This document shows positions 12,911 through 25,723 of a DNA stretch of 64,000 nucleotides, one piece after another. A program made the translations under genes and the position numbers. The stretch lies in NCBI RefSeq assembly GCF_009914755.1, contig NC_060929.1; one strand, 5' to 3'. The notes under the pieces were generated by a model. That model was not told the DNA's origin. It ran no database searches and saw only the letters and a program-made list of their open reading frames with translations. The number at the start of each line of letters is the position of its first letter. Within the stretch, counting starts at the first letter, position 1. Source of the stretch: the human T2T-CHM13v2.0 reference genome, Homo sapiens.

Positions 12911-15900
12911 AAGAAGGTAGTAAAGTTTTTTTTTAATTTAAGAATTGATACTCTTAGAGAATAATAATATGTGAACAAACTAAAGAATGGAAAACAGTAT
13001 GGAATAAATCAATTAAGCATTTATTGAACACCTGTTTTGCATCTGCCATCTCTATATGGAAATATGTGGAGAGTAACACATAAAGAATTACGGTCTTATA
13101 TAAAATTTTTTGCAAGTCTTTTTACTTTATGCAAAAGTATTTTGAAAATAATGTTTAGAGGTCAAGATATATGTAGTTGTTCTTTTGGGGGACATGGGTC
13201 TTTTCATTATAGGAGAATAAAAATAAAGGTGTAACAAGAATTCAATTAACTAAAATGCAATTAAGCAGAGAATTGGATTGATAATAAAGGGGTAAGTGGC
13301 AAAACATATTGAGATCAGGACTATGTTAGAAGAACAAAGTTCCAGATGTCACTTTTGGACCTTTTTTCAACTCAGTACAAGATTATTTGGATATTGTAAA
13401 GAGGAGGTTGGAGTAGATCAGGTATTCCAACCGTGGACTACATAAAGTTTGAAAGCAGGAAAATATTAAATACATGAAAAAGATAAAGATTATGAAAAAA
13501 AAGTTCAAAAAGCCTAACTTATAAATACACATGTATAAGAATGGTTAAAATAACTGTCCCTTTCCTAATATTCATAGACAGTACAGGAAAACCTATAGAT
13601 TTTGAAAAACTGAGAATTCATACAATTGTACAACTTACCTATAGGTATTTGTATACGTGTTAACAATTAGCTTGTTTCTTCAACATGAAAGAGAACTATA
13701 TATTTGATCAGATATATAATATAGACAATTTTAGGTATATTGTATGAATCTGTGATTTTAAAAATTATTTTTAGAAGAGTATGAAAATATCTCAGACTTT
13801 ACGAATACGTCTTTAGGCCTTTAGGAAACATTTACTTAGGAAACAGGACTCATTCCCTGACAATTTCTTTCATTTAGCAAATGAAAAAGGTTAAGTTTTA
13901 TTCTGTAAAAGACAAGTTTTATTTTGCATAATAAAAATGTTTTGGTTTTGTAAGTATGCTTTTTAACAATTAGCTGTGAATACAAGACTTTAAGATATTT
14001 ATGGCAGCTATAAGCACTTTTCAAGGTGGGCTGTCAGTATATCTAAATGTATCACCTACTCAGAGGCTAAATACACAATGCTTTGTCTAATCTTTAGCAT
14101 AACCATGTCTGTGCCATTGCATTGCTTATTTAATCTCACCCCTCTACTGTTTCCATTATATATACTAAATATTTTACAACTGGGAATGAAAAATTAGTCC
14201 CTGAGAGTTGAGCCGAAAAGAAAACTCAAGTGTTAACAGTATTGTAGATGGTCATTTCTCCTCCTTACATGGTGTATGTATTTCAGGTGTATTGTTTATA
14301 TAGTTGAAGACATTTCTCACCATGTCCTTGTAACTTAAATAAATTCATAATAAATTTTTTTAAATACCAGAAGAAGCACTAAAGATTAGTATGTTACGAA
14401 GGAGTTGAGTCACCATTTGTATCTATCAAAGTAATTCTTCAAGCTCAGCTGTTCTCAGTATGTTATGGTGATTCTCTTTGCTGCAATTAGGTTAGATTTT
14501 CATGACGGTCTGAGAATTTATTTGAAGACAACTCTAAAATTATTTTTCTCGGATAAGTTATTTTTTAAATCGTTTGACTCTTCAGATAAAATTATGCCCA
14601 AGTTTACATAAATCAGTTCTATTTTTGGTAAATTCATAGTTTTAAAACAAAAGGTCTTTTTATATGCTTCCCTGGTGTCCTGAGATTATTTTATAAATTG
14701 AGGAGAGGACAACTTTGGGTTTATCTCCCTAACTTTTTCATATGACAATCTTTATTGTAAGAGAAACTTTGGATTTTTTTTTTTCAGAGTGTTGAATCAG
14801 TTCAATAAATATTATCTTGCTTTGTTACTTTAGGCCTCATAAATACAAAAACTGTGGACAGAAGGCAGGTATTTTCAATCACCAAAAATATAACTAACAA
14901 TTATAAACATATTTGCAGTAATTTATAATGAAAATGTGGTTTGTAATGGAAAAAAATAAAATTTTGCATACATAGTTCTCAAGCAAATAATATTTCCAGC
15001 TTCAAGACTTGACTCAGCCAAATAATACAAAGTTTTAACTTGTTTAGAATAATTTAATGTAGATTAACAGGGTACCACTGTGAAAGAGAAGTGTATATAC
15101 ATATGTTCTGGTGTACTTCAAAATGATACTATGCCTTAAAAAATCAGTTTCTACTCTTACATTGATTGATTAATTTTTATGTCTGTGCTATGTGAATTAT
15201 GTAATTCCAATCATTTCTAGGCTTAAATGATGCATATGGTCTATTTTAGTTATTTTAACAGTTAAACTAGTTCTCATAGGTGTTTATGCTACAATAGAAT
15301 CAAATTTTCACTTTTTAACCAGGCTTAATCCTCAGAAAATTGGGGCCCTGGTTTAAAAATGATGCTTTATAGCCATGATGGTATAGTGGTAAATAAAAAC
15401 ATTTAAAGACTAAATTTGATATTAAAATTATATTAATTGAGATGACACATATTAATTGAAGTTTAAAGATGTTTTCTTTGGTTATCTGTAGATTATGAAA
15501 TGCAGACAGTTCTTTATAGTAGCATTTCCCAAAGACAGTTCAATGACATTCTCATTGAAATCACCATAGAAAGCTTTCAAGTCGCCTTAGCTGGTATTTT
15601 AATCAGTTCTATTTGTGGCACAAATATTGAAACTACATATGAGGACTTGCATATCTAAAAAATTGTTTGGTCCTAGTTGATAGAGGCAGATGAGCAAAAT
15701 GTGTCACTGTTTTGAAGAGAGAAATTTCTTGATTATAAAAGTAATATATCTTTGTGATAAAACTAGAAAATACAGATAGAGCAAAAAAATTACTATAACA
15801 TTACCAACAAAAGAAAAACATATCAATGTTTTGGAATATTCTTAAAGGCCTCTTTCCTTAAATTTATTTACATATAATTGCTTCCATAAATGCGTATATA

Positions 15901-17269
15901 TAGCAAATACATTCTTTATGAAAACTGAATCAGAAAAAGCATACTATTTTACAACCTAATTTTTTCCTTCATTTAGCATAAAGAACTTCTTTCCATGCCA
16001 ATAAGGCTATATATACATTATTATTCCCAATGTCTGAGTGGTGTGAATGTAAGAATAATTTATTTAACCAACTTGTCTTTGGAAATCTAGACTTTTAAAA
16101 TTTGTTTCACTCTCTTTACACATGTCTTTCCATTCATTCAAGATCATTTCTGTAGCTCCAGAAATCTTTAATCAGTTTTTACCCAGACCAGCAGTGTATG
16201 AAAATCCCTGTTTCCTCACATCCTGCTAATAACAAATTTAAAAAAAAATTATTTCCCTGATGATTTTTTAATTCCAACATTTTTCTTTTGTTTACACATA
16301 AATACACAGTTGCATATTCACTATATAGTCACCTACATTGGCAAGATTATTGAACCACCTTAGCTTTAGTTTAAGGTAAATGACCACAGGAAGTCCTGTT
16401 TTCCTAGGTCTTTCATCTGTAATCAGTCAGCATTTTCTTTATTAGGCAGTTTTGAGATCTATTGTCTGTACTGATGTTATTCCATGTGAATCTTTCTGGA
16501 GGTATCTAGTAGCAGGAAATAGCCTTTAAGTTGAAATATCCTAGAATGAACTTGGAGAGAGAAGGTATATGTGTTTCTTTCCTCTTCCCTTTTCTCCCTC
16601 TTTCCCACTCTACCCCCACTTTTCTGCCTTCTTCCTTTCTCCTCTTCTACTGCTTTGAACTATAATTTTCATTGCAATTACTCTTAAAATTGCCATGTTT
16701 TCTGGACACTTCACATTGTGCTAATTCCTTACAAATCCAATTAACTCATAATGATTATGTCATTAAATTTGATAATTTCATGGAATCTTTGCTCACTTCC
16801 AGTTAAAACTTTAAAAATATTGGCCAAAGCCTTTTGAAGAATGTGTTAGTCTTTTAAATCTTTGACATTTGGAAAAACAGAAATCTCAAGGTTTAATTTT
16901 TTTCATATATTTATTACATATTGTGCTTTAGTGTTTGTGGCCTTAATCCACCTTTCTTTTAGGGTTGTTTTTACATTTAAAACCACTGATTTAGTGAATA
17001 CTAGTCATAAAAATTACATTCACCCATTCATTCTCCGCCTTCAGAAATTACTGGCTTTTGTTCAGTTCCACCACAAAATCCTTCCAATTATACTTAATAG
17101 TTTGAAAATCATACATTTGCAGTTGCAAAAAATGCAAACTCGGAGTTATCCAACGTTCAAAAAAGGCTTGATAAAATATTTGTCTCTCACTAGACTAATT
17201 TAGGAGTGTATTTTTTTAGAGTACTTTGTCATTATATCCTTTTTCTAATGTCATGTATTTTTTGCTCAG

Positions 17270-17397
17270 GAATATGGTATAACTAAAGCTGAAAAACTGG
17301 AGATTGCCAAAGGCTACTGTACTCCTCTGGTTAGAAAAATTCGCTCAGACCTTCAGAGGACACAAGATGATGACACTGTAAATAAACTTCATCCTGT
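17270..17397 (+). CDS. PPIP5K2: PPIP5K2 exon (128 nt) [42 protein letters not shown]
   Basis: ctcag| ... tgt|gtaaga; PQ|EYGI junction. Confidence 0.95.
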
Positions 17398-17972
17398 GTA
17401 AGAAACTGTACTGGTTATTTAAATCTCTAGGCATCTATTTTTGCATACTTCAAATTTAAATTATACTTTGATGGTCCTATGAAGTCAGAAGTGTGTCATT
17501 GGCATACTGTGAAAATAGTATTACCTAGGTATTTCTATTAAGTTCCAACCAAAGTTATTTTTGGCTCCACTTTAGAGAAAACTAAGGTGAGTGGGGAAAA
17601 GGGAATATAGGTCATCGTTCACATGGACCATCAATGTGTACCCCATTTAGCAGCATTAATGTCTGTGAGCATCTTTAGGTCTATAACCTCTGTCATTGCT
17701 ACTAAAGGAGATAAAATAACCTATTTACAGTGTACTTGACTAATATTAAGTCTATTCTTTGACTACTCTCAGAGGTCCTAGTTAGTTATAGTTTGTGTCA
17801 TGTTAGAAGAATATATACTAAGATAAATTCTCTATTGTGGTTGGAAGAATAATAGATTTTTGTGGTCTTTTACTTCTAGTGAAATTACATTTAATTTTAG
17901 AAAATAATTTCAATATTTAGTGAGTTTTTGATTATATGGTTATGTTTGAACACTGTCTGCTTCTAATTTTAG

Positions 17973-18087
17973 GTATTCTAGAGGTGTTCTGTCTCCTGAA
18001 CGTCATGTTCGTACTAGATTATATTTTACCAGTGAAAGTCATGTACATTCTTTGCTGTCTATTCTTCGCTATGGTGCCTTATGCAAT
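17973..18087 (+). CDS. PPIP5K2: PPIP5K2 exon (115 nt) [38 protein letters not shown]
   Basis: ttttag| ... aat|gtaagt; RLYFTSESH motif with second catalytic His (HV rather than HD). Confidence 0.97.
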
Positions 18088-18429
18088 GTAAGTAGAATAA
18101 GTTATTTCAGTCTAACAAATATATTTAATTTTGTAATTAAATCACTAACTGCTATTTTTACTGTGAAATTTTAGTAATTCATCCTTAAGTTTTACTACTT
18201 AATGTCGTCTTTCAAGGGACTACTATATACCAAGCATTTTGCTAGATTTTAGGGATAAAGATGTTCTCTTCAGAGAAGATACATTTAAGCAAACAATAAT
18301 ATAAAGTATTTTAGGTGATTTTATAGACTGGTGGCAGTAAAGAGTAGCCTGATGAATTTGAGTCATTTAGGGGTCAGAATTGATGGAACTTGGTGTTTGG
18401 TTAGACATTGTACCACTGATCTACTATTA

Positions 18430-19140
18430 TGTACTATCTACTATTATCTACTATTACGTAATGACATACCAAGACTTAGTGGCTTAAAACAACCACAGTC
18501 ATTTCATTTTTATCTCATACAGTTTAGATTGTTGACTAGGATCAATTATGAAGTTTCTCTTAGAGTCTCATGAGGTTGTAGTCAGACAGTGGCTGGGTCT
18601 CAAATAATCTCAAGGGTTTTCTCTCATGTTTGGTGCTTCATGTTGGCTGTCAGCTGGGACCTCAGCTGCGGTTATCAAGCAGAACACCTACATCTGGCCT
18701 CTTCATGTGGCCTGCTTCCTCAAAATATTGCACCTGAGTTCCAGGAGTGAGCTTCCTATGAGAGCAAGGTGCAAGTGCATGGCATTTTTATGACCTAACT
18801 TCTAAAATCATGTAGCATCACTTCTGCTGCGCTCTCTTGGTTGAGGCAATCACAGAGGTTCATCCAGGTTCAGAAGGAGAGGAAACAACCCACAGCACCA
18901 GATGGGCTGAGTGTCCCTGTCCTATTGTAAGAAGAGTATGTAGCATTGAATGTGTATGTCAGCCATCTTTGGAAAAGACAAAATCTGCCACAGTGATACC
19001 TATTTGCCACAGTAATTTGTATTCTTCCCACATACAAAACTCAATTCACATCTCCCTCAGTGCCACCCCCTCCACTCAGTGCCATGCTGTAATAGAGTAA
19101 TACTACTTGAAGTCCAGAATCTCATCTAAATCAGTCATCT
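18430..19140 (-). mobile_element. MLT1H-like MaLR LTR (to ~18990) plus adjacent internal fragment
   Basis: acttagtggcttaaaacaac ... cacttctgctgc ... gccatctttggaaaagacaaaatctgccaca terminus. Confidence 0.75.
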
Positions 19141-19599
19141 CTAAACTAGCCAAAAGATAAGAATGTTCTTTTATTTTTCTGTGCGTATATTGGTATACGC
19201 ATCTGTGCACGTCTGTGTAGAAAGTGATCTATAAAAGAAAACTCAATTTTGTTTTCTTAATGTACTTTTAAAAGAAGGGCAGTGACATATATAGTGATGA
19301 TTTGGTATAGGTCTGTTTCCTAATCAATCTTATCACTGGTCCTTGAGAGTAATTATTATCAAAGTGATCCTAAGGGTGTTTCAAAGTTCTGTTCCAATTA
19401 AAATTCCAAATCCATATGTTCTTTCTTCTGGTTTTTTGTTTCTTCTTTGTCCCACTAAAGAATAGAAAAGTGACATCCTTACATAAGTATGTGGATTAGT
19501 GGGAAAAAAAATGACCCTTAATTAGCAAGGCAAAAGCTTGTATATCCAGTAGTATTGATGGAATTGTTTGTGAAGAGGAGCGATACATCTCTTACATGG

Positions 19600-19910
19600 T
19601 CCTTTTTGACATACATAGAGGGTATAAAGATCATGAGTAATATAGGAACTGATAGAAAGCCTGTAGTTGGAGAATAGTAGTAAGTATTGGATAAAATGAC
19701 AGCAGATATGGTTGAAGAGCCAGTGCCTTGTATTCTAATTGGATTGGGAAGCCATTTAAAGGTTTTAAGCAGGGAAATGGGTGGCTTTGGTTATTGTGTG
19801 GACAGCAGATAGGTGAAAGTGGGTATGAGGAAACCAGTTAGGAAATTATTACAGTGGTCCAAAAAGATGTCATTTGGACTAGGGTGGTAGCTGTGGATCT
19901 AGAGTTTTTT
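19600..19910 (-). mobile_element. L2 fragment
   Basis: gggaagccatttaaaggttttaagcaggg ... ccagttaggaaattatt ... ttggactagggtggtagc. Confidence 0.6.
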
Positions 19911-21333
19911 GGGCATATATTGAATTCAGGCTGCATTTCTAAAACAAAAACTGAACAACTTCATTATTTTAAAAATCAGTGCTTCCAGGGGGAAAAATAA
20001 TTACATGTATTTACTAAGATGAAAATTAAAGTCTGCCAAAATGTTTTGTTTTCATTATCCCAACTCTTATTATCCTTGTAAGAATCTGTAAGTAATATAA
20101 TTAAAATCTTACTCAGTATATTCCCCTTTGTAATTTTTAATTATTCAGAATGGATGGGGTAAAATCTTTCTGTAGAATTATTTGTAAAGTTTGTTAAGGA
20201 ACTAAGATTATAAATAAGATTTCAGGAATATGTGTAATGGGGCCTTAATTTAAAAAGATATTTTTGTGTCTTCTTACATATTAATTACGTTCTGGAAGTT
20301 ACTACTAAATATTACTTAATTTTATCTATTTATTAGAGAAGACCTAGCAAAATCTATAACTGCAACACTGAGTTAGATATTAAATGGTGTTCTTAATACT
20401 GGAGTATCACAAAATCACAAGATCAATTATCTGTTCACCTAATGAAAATTTTCAGTATTTAAACTCATCATTTGTGCTAACTTACATTTAGTGAAACTCA
20501 GTAATGCTAATTTATGTTTTCCCTTATCAATTTTGAAAAAAATACATCTTTTCACATACTACCTCCTAAACTTGCACACATGCATGTGCGCACACACACA
20601 CACGGAATGTATAATGTCTAAAACAGAAATAAAATACACGCTGAATTTTAAAAAGCATACAGTCAATGTGTGGTCTTATAATTTGCTTTTAAAACAAGGT
20701 GCATTCTGTACTAAAGTCCATAATATTGTATACTCTTAGTGTATACAAAAAGGAAATGTCCTTTTATATATTTGTAATGTAATTACATAGTATACAACAA
20801 AGGAAATTTATCTGTGATGTACGTATAATTTAAGTAGATCCTGTTAACTGTTGAGTATAGACTTTACTTTGAGTAGTTTTGCCTTTTCAGATAGAATTTT
20901 CTACTTTGAATGCTTGTAGTACATGTTCTCTAAGATCCTTTTCAGTTCTGATGCTCTATGATTACATGTTTAAAGACCAATGATTCTCAGAATGAAGATG
21001 GAGGAATGGTGAAGGAGATGGTAAGATCAATAGAATTTACATATGCCTCCTTCTTCTGATTTTTGAATATCACTTCAGTGTAATAGGGATACTTGTTGAT
21101 AGGCCTATATTGCATACATGAACTATATGATGGTGGGAAAAAATGGCATTCCTGTTATAGGATAGTATTCTGTGGTTATGAAATATGATACTATACTAGG
21201 TACTTTGGAACTTGACAAAGTTAAAAACGGTCTCTTACCCTCAGAATTCATTAGTGTTTGTCCATTTCAAGAAATTATTTATTTTTCATTTTGTATAAGC
21301 AGTTAAAAAAGGTTACCACTAGAACTTCTAATA

Positions 21334-21565
21334 TAGGTTGAATATCTCTTATCTGAAGTGCTTGAGACCAGAAGTTTTTTGGAATTTGGAATTGTTTTTG
21401 TATTTTGGAATACTTGCATTATACTTACTGGTTTAGCATCCCTAATCTGAAAACCCAAAATTCTCCAATGAGTATTTCCTTCGAGTGTCATGTTAGTGCT
21501 CAAAAAGTTTTGAATTTTGGAGGGTTTTGGATTTTGGATTTTCAAGTTAGGGATACTCAAACTTG
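21334..21565. mobile_element. Tigger4a/MER46A MITE
   Basis: TA|taggttgaatatctctta ... tagggatactcaaacttg|TA TIRs, 232 bp. Confidence 0.85.
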
Positions 21566-21775
21566 TAGAGATTTTAAAAATATTTTATCAAAACAAGCTT
21601 AAATAACATACTAAGACTTTTAAATGTAGTGGAATTATTTTTTAAAATTTTGCATATGATAAGTATTCACTTTATGTGGTATCACTAGGATTAAACAAGC
21701 TACCATAGTGACAATAAAGTGACTTTCAAGTAACACAGTTTGAGAAAATGATTACCACATGTATCTTTTGTTCAG

Positions 21776-21883
21776 GAATCAAAGGATGAACAGTGGAAAC
21801 GAGCTATGGATTATTTAAACGTTGTCAATGAGCTCAACTACATGACTCAGATTGTTATCATGCTTTATGAGGATCCTAATAAG
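21776..21883 (+). CDS. PPIP5K2: PPIP5K2 exon (108 nt) [36 protein letters not shown]
   Basis: ttcag| ... aag|gtaaac; ELNYMTQIV motif. Confidence 0.96.
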
Positions 21884-21972
21884 GTAAACAGAGCTCTTGA
21901 TTTGTGTTTTACCAGACATAAATAAAGAGCTTAAAGTTTCTCATTTTGAAAATGTTCTGTCATATTTCTTAG

Positions 21973-22089
21973 GATCTTTCCTCAGAAGAACGCTTTCATG
22001 TTGAATTACACTTTAGTCCGGGAGCCAAAGGTTGTGAAGAAGACAAAAATTTGCCATCTGGCTATGGATATAGACCAGCTTCCAGAGAG
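21973..22089 (+). CDS. PPIP5K2: PPIP5K2 exon (117 nt) [39 protein letters not shown]
   Basis: ttcttag| ... gag|gtaatg; FSPG marks end of phosphatase-like domain; preceded by 89-nt intron. Confidence 0.96.
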
Positions 22090-22339
22090 GTAATGAAGGT
22101 GGAACTCTCAGTGCTTAGTTACTACAGTTCTAGATTTTCATGAGGTTTCTATAAGAGATTTTTATAATGTACTATAAATAATTCTTATTTTAACTTCTAA
22201 GCAGGAAAATGGTTTAAATTTTTTAAAGTGTGATTTGTATAGACTGTACTTTTATGCATATTGCAATACCTAGGAATTTTATCTTTTGTTTAGATTGTTT
22301 GAATTTTAAGGCCGTGTTTAGAATGGATAACCTTAAACC

Positions 22340-23330
22340 TTTAATTCACCAAAATTGACTTTTTTGGATGTAGTACATGTGATGTGCAGTCCAGTTTTGT
22401 TGTCTTCGCTCTATGAATAACTAAACCCCAGTATCATAGATTCAAGAGTTCATACTTTTTCTGCCACCTATAGTACTACATCTGATACTGCAGACATATA
22501 TTGTGTCTGTATTTTGATTGGTTGGTTTCTGAATTTTTAGTCTTACTTGATTGCTCTATTTGTCTCTCTCTCTACCAGTACCACAGTCTTAATTATTATA
22601 GCTTTATAATAAATATTGATATTGAGTATAGAACTCCTCCAGCTTTGTTGTTCTTAAAGATTATGTTAAATATTTCATGTTTCATGCATTTTCATATAAA
22701 TTTTATAATCATTTTATAATATTCTAAAGACTCTTTGAGATTTTGATTGAGATTACCACTACTCTGCAGATCAATTTGGAGAAAAATGATACTTTTTCAG
22801 TATTGGGTCTTCTAGTCTAAGGACTTGGTATATTTCTGAGTTTATTTAACTATACTTTATATTTTTTGATAAAATCATTATTTTTTCATTAAAAATAATA
22901 GCAAAAACCACAATTACTTTTGCACCAAATAATTGTTTTACACCATCTTTGTCATATTAATTCCTAGTTCCTTTATAGTTTTTTATGCTGTCATAAATGA
23001 TTTATTTATGATAAATTAAATTTCATTTATGATTTATTTAAATTTCATTTTTTGTTTTTGTCATATTAAATTTTAACTCAGTTTTGTATAAAAATTTTAT
23101 AGCTAGCAAACTTATAACTTGATATATGCTGTTATTCATTCTAATAATTTACCCTTAGAGTCATTTGGATTTTTTATGTATATGATCATAACATCATCTA
23201 TGAATGATGAATAGATTTAGTGATAGTGGACATTCTTATCTTTCAGTGTCTTATTATTAACTGTGATGAGCCCTTCAAGTTTTGGATATCCCTTATTTGA
23301 TTAAAGAAGTACCTTTTTATTCTCTGTAAC
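22340..23330 (-). mobile_element. Old L1M fragment
   Basis: ccagtaccacagtcttaattattatagctttataata ... cctccagctttgttgttctt ... gagattttgattgagatt. Confidence 0.65.
22887..22928. mobile_element. Half MADE1 (Hsmar1-derived MITE)
   Basis: gcaaaaaccacaattacttttgcaccaa matches the MADE1/Hsmar1 TIR. Confidence 0.75.
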
Positions 23331-23519
23331 CCTTAATTTGATGAGGGTTTTTATGTACTCAGTTTATTTTCTTTTGGCCAATATTATGTTTATGAGGCTC
23401 ATCAATGTAGTTGCATTTAGTTTTAGTTTGTGCGTTCTTATTGCTTTAAAATATGTGTTTTACTGTATTACTATGGTCCAACGTATGCATTATCTTATAG
23501 TTGGATATTTGATATAAAA

Positions 23520-23656
23520 ATTTTTAGCTTGCCTGTCTCCCATACTGTGTTGGAGGATTCTTGCAATCTGGGACTGTGTCTTATTCATCTGTGTCCTAGA
23601 ACAATTCATGGCACATGTTATACACTTAGTAAATGCTTAATGAGTCACTGAATGAT
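23520..23656 (+). mobile_element. L2 3' end
   Basis: gggactgtgtcttattcatctgtgtcc ... tggcacat ... agtaaatgcttaatgagtcactgaatga. Confidence 0.6.
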
Positions 23657-24129
23657 TATTACTTTTAATGCAGTTATCACATTTATTAGAAATGTTTGGA
23701 ATAGATTTAAATATTCTAAAATATATAAATACAAGTGCTGTTTAGTTCATGCTCAGGTTGATGAGACTCCTATATAACAAAGCTCATCTCTATTATTTCT
23801 TACTGTCATTTATTATTATTGTTTATTTATTCTTGCACTTGATGAAATGTAATTAAACGCTTTGTCTTATGTGGTTTTTTAATTGTCATTTTACTGTTTA
23901 ATTTCTCCATAGAGTATATGTATTTTTGAACTCAGAGACTCTGCCTTTTCCCTCATAGTACACAGCATAATACTAAGCTGTTAGAAGAGTTCAATTAATG
24001 TTAATTCATCTGAGTAAACAAACTTGTATATGTATTTCAAGTACCTCTACCAGTGGTAGTTGAATCTGTTCATCAGAAGAGATTTCTTAAATCTGAATAG
24101 TAAAAGTGTTTTATATTCTTTGCTCACAG

Positions 24130-24297
24130 AATGAAGGCAGGAGACCTTTTAAAATTGATAATGATGATGAACCACATACTTCTAAAAGAGATGAAGTTGA
24201 TCGAGCTGTGATATTGTTTAAACCAATGGTATCAGAGCCAATTCATATACACAGGAAGTCTCCACTTCCAAGATCTAGGAAGACGGCTACAAATGAT
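24130..24297 (+). CDS. PPIP5K2: PPIP5K2 exon (168 nt) [56 protein letters not shown]
   Basis: cacag| ... gat|gtaagt; overlaps ORF 24106-24351. Confidence 0.95.
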
Positions 24298-24676
24298 GTA
24301 AGTATATGTATCAGAACACATTTTTCATACAGTAAACTAACTATATTTTAATAAAACAGAAAAGAAAATACAGCTTTAATTGTGGAGCTTGGGAAACCAA
24401 CAAATTTTTAAATGTTATTTAATCTATTTTTAAATAAATTACAAAAAATATAGAGGCAGTTCAAAAATAGATTAGCTTTAGAATGTTGAGCTTTACATAT
24501 AGTTTTCATAAAAAAAGGATGCAAATATAAAATAAGCTGTTTCTAGGAACTTGAAAAATGAATGCTTTTTTTTTGTCTTGTTACATTAGGAATATTTACA
24601 TTAGGTTGATCTTCAATAATGAATTTTTTTTAAAAGCCTGATTTAATGGATCAAGAATAATTTTAGTTAGAGAGCA

Positions 24677-25006
<330 letters not shown>

Positions 25007-25376
25007 CTATAGGTAAAGAAATGAAATTCTAAATTGTTAGCCTAATTGCAAAGTCTATATAGGAATTTGAATGTTTGATAATATAATAAAAAATTTTACC
25101 TTTATATTAAGATCTATAAATAGGTTAGAATAATTCTTATGCTCTCTAATAGAAAAACATTTAAATAATTAATAAAGTAACATTTAAAAGGAAAGTTTAG
25201 CAGTTAGAATGAAGCTTGTTAAATAAAGCTTTAGCACCTGTATACATTTTTAATACTTTAAATAAGTTTTATTTGGGGTTATCTCTGTTTTCTGTAGGAT
25301 GAGTCTCCCAGCACTGATTGAGGTCAGTGCTTCTAACTGTTTTCTAAATGCTCTAGTAAAAGTATAAAGGAAGAGG

Positions 25377-25684
25377 GGCCTGGCGTGGTGGCTCATGCCT
25401 GTAAACCTGGCACTTTGGGAGGCCGAGGTGGGTGGATCACCTGAGGTCAGGAGTTCGAGAGCAGCCTGGCCAATATGGTGAAACCCCGTCTCTACTAAAA
25501 ATATAAAAATTAGCTGGGCTTGGTAGTGCCAGCCTGTAATCCCAGCTACTTGGGAGGCTGAGGCAGGAGAACCACTTGAACCTGGGAGGCGGAGGTTGCA
25601 GTGAGCCGAGACCACCCCCCTGACTGCACTGCAGCCTGGGCAACAGAGCGAGATTCTGTCTCAAAAAATAAATAAATAAATAAA
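25377..25684 (+). mobile_element. AluSx-like with (TAAA)n tail
   Basis: Full dimer; TSD-like taaaggaaga before the element and after the microsatellite. Confidence 0.9.
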
Positions 25685-25723
25685 TACACACACATATATA
25701 CATATATATGTGTATATGTGTGT
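25685..25723. repeat. (CA)/(TA)/(TG) compound microsatellite at Alu tail
   Basis: tacacacacatatatacatatatatgtgtatatgtgtgt. Confidence 0.8.

Noticed and set aside
19182-19201. 8-bp perfect hairpin tgcgtata-ttgg-tatacgca
   Set aside because: Short enough to occur by chance in 64 kb; no context suggesting function.
21884-21972. 89-nt intron containing AATAAA and a 7-bp inverted repeat
   Set aside because: Canonical GT-AG short intron; a hexamer this close to a donor is normally suppressed by U1.
25250-25703. Alu-frame ORFs (also 1648, 24794, 41538, 52211, 59575, 61981)
   Set aside because: Typical Alu-derived spurious translations.
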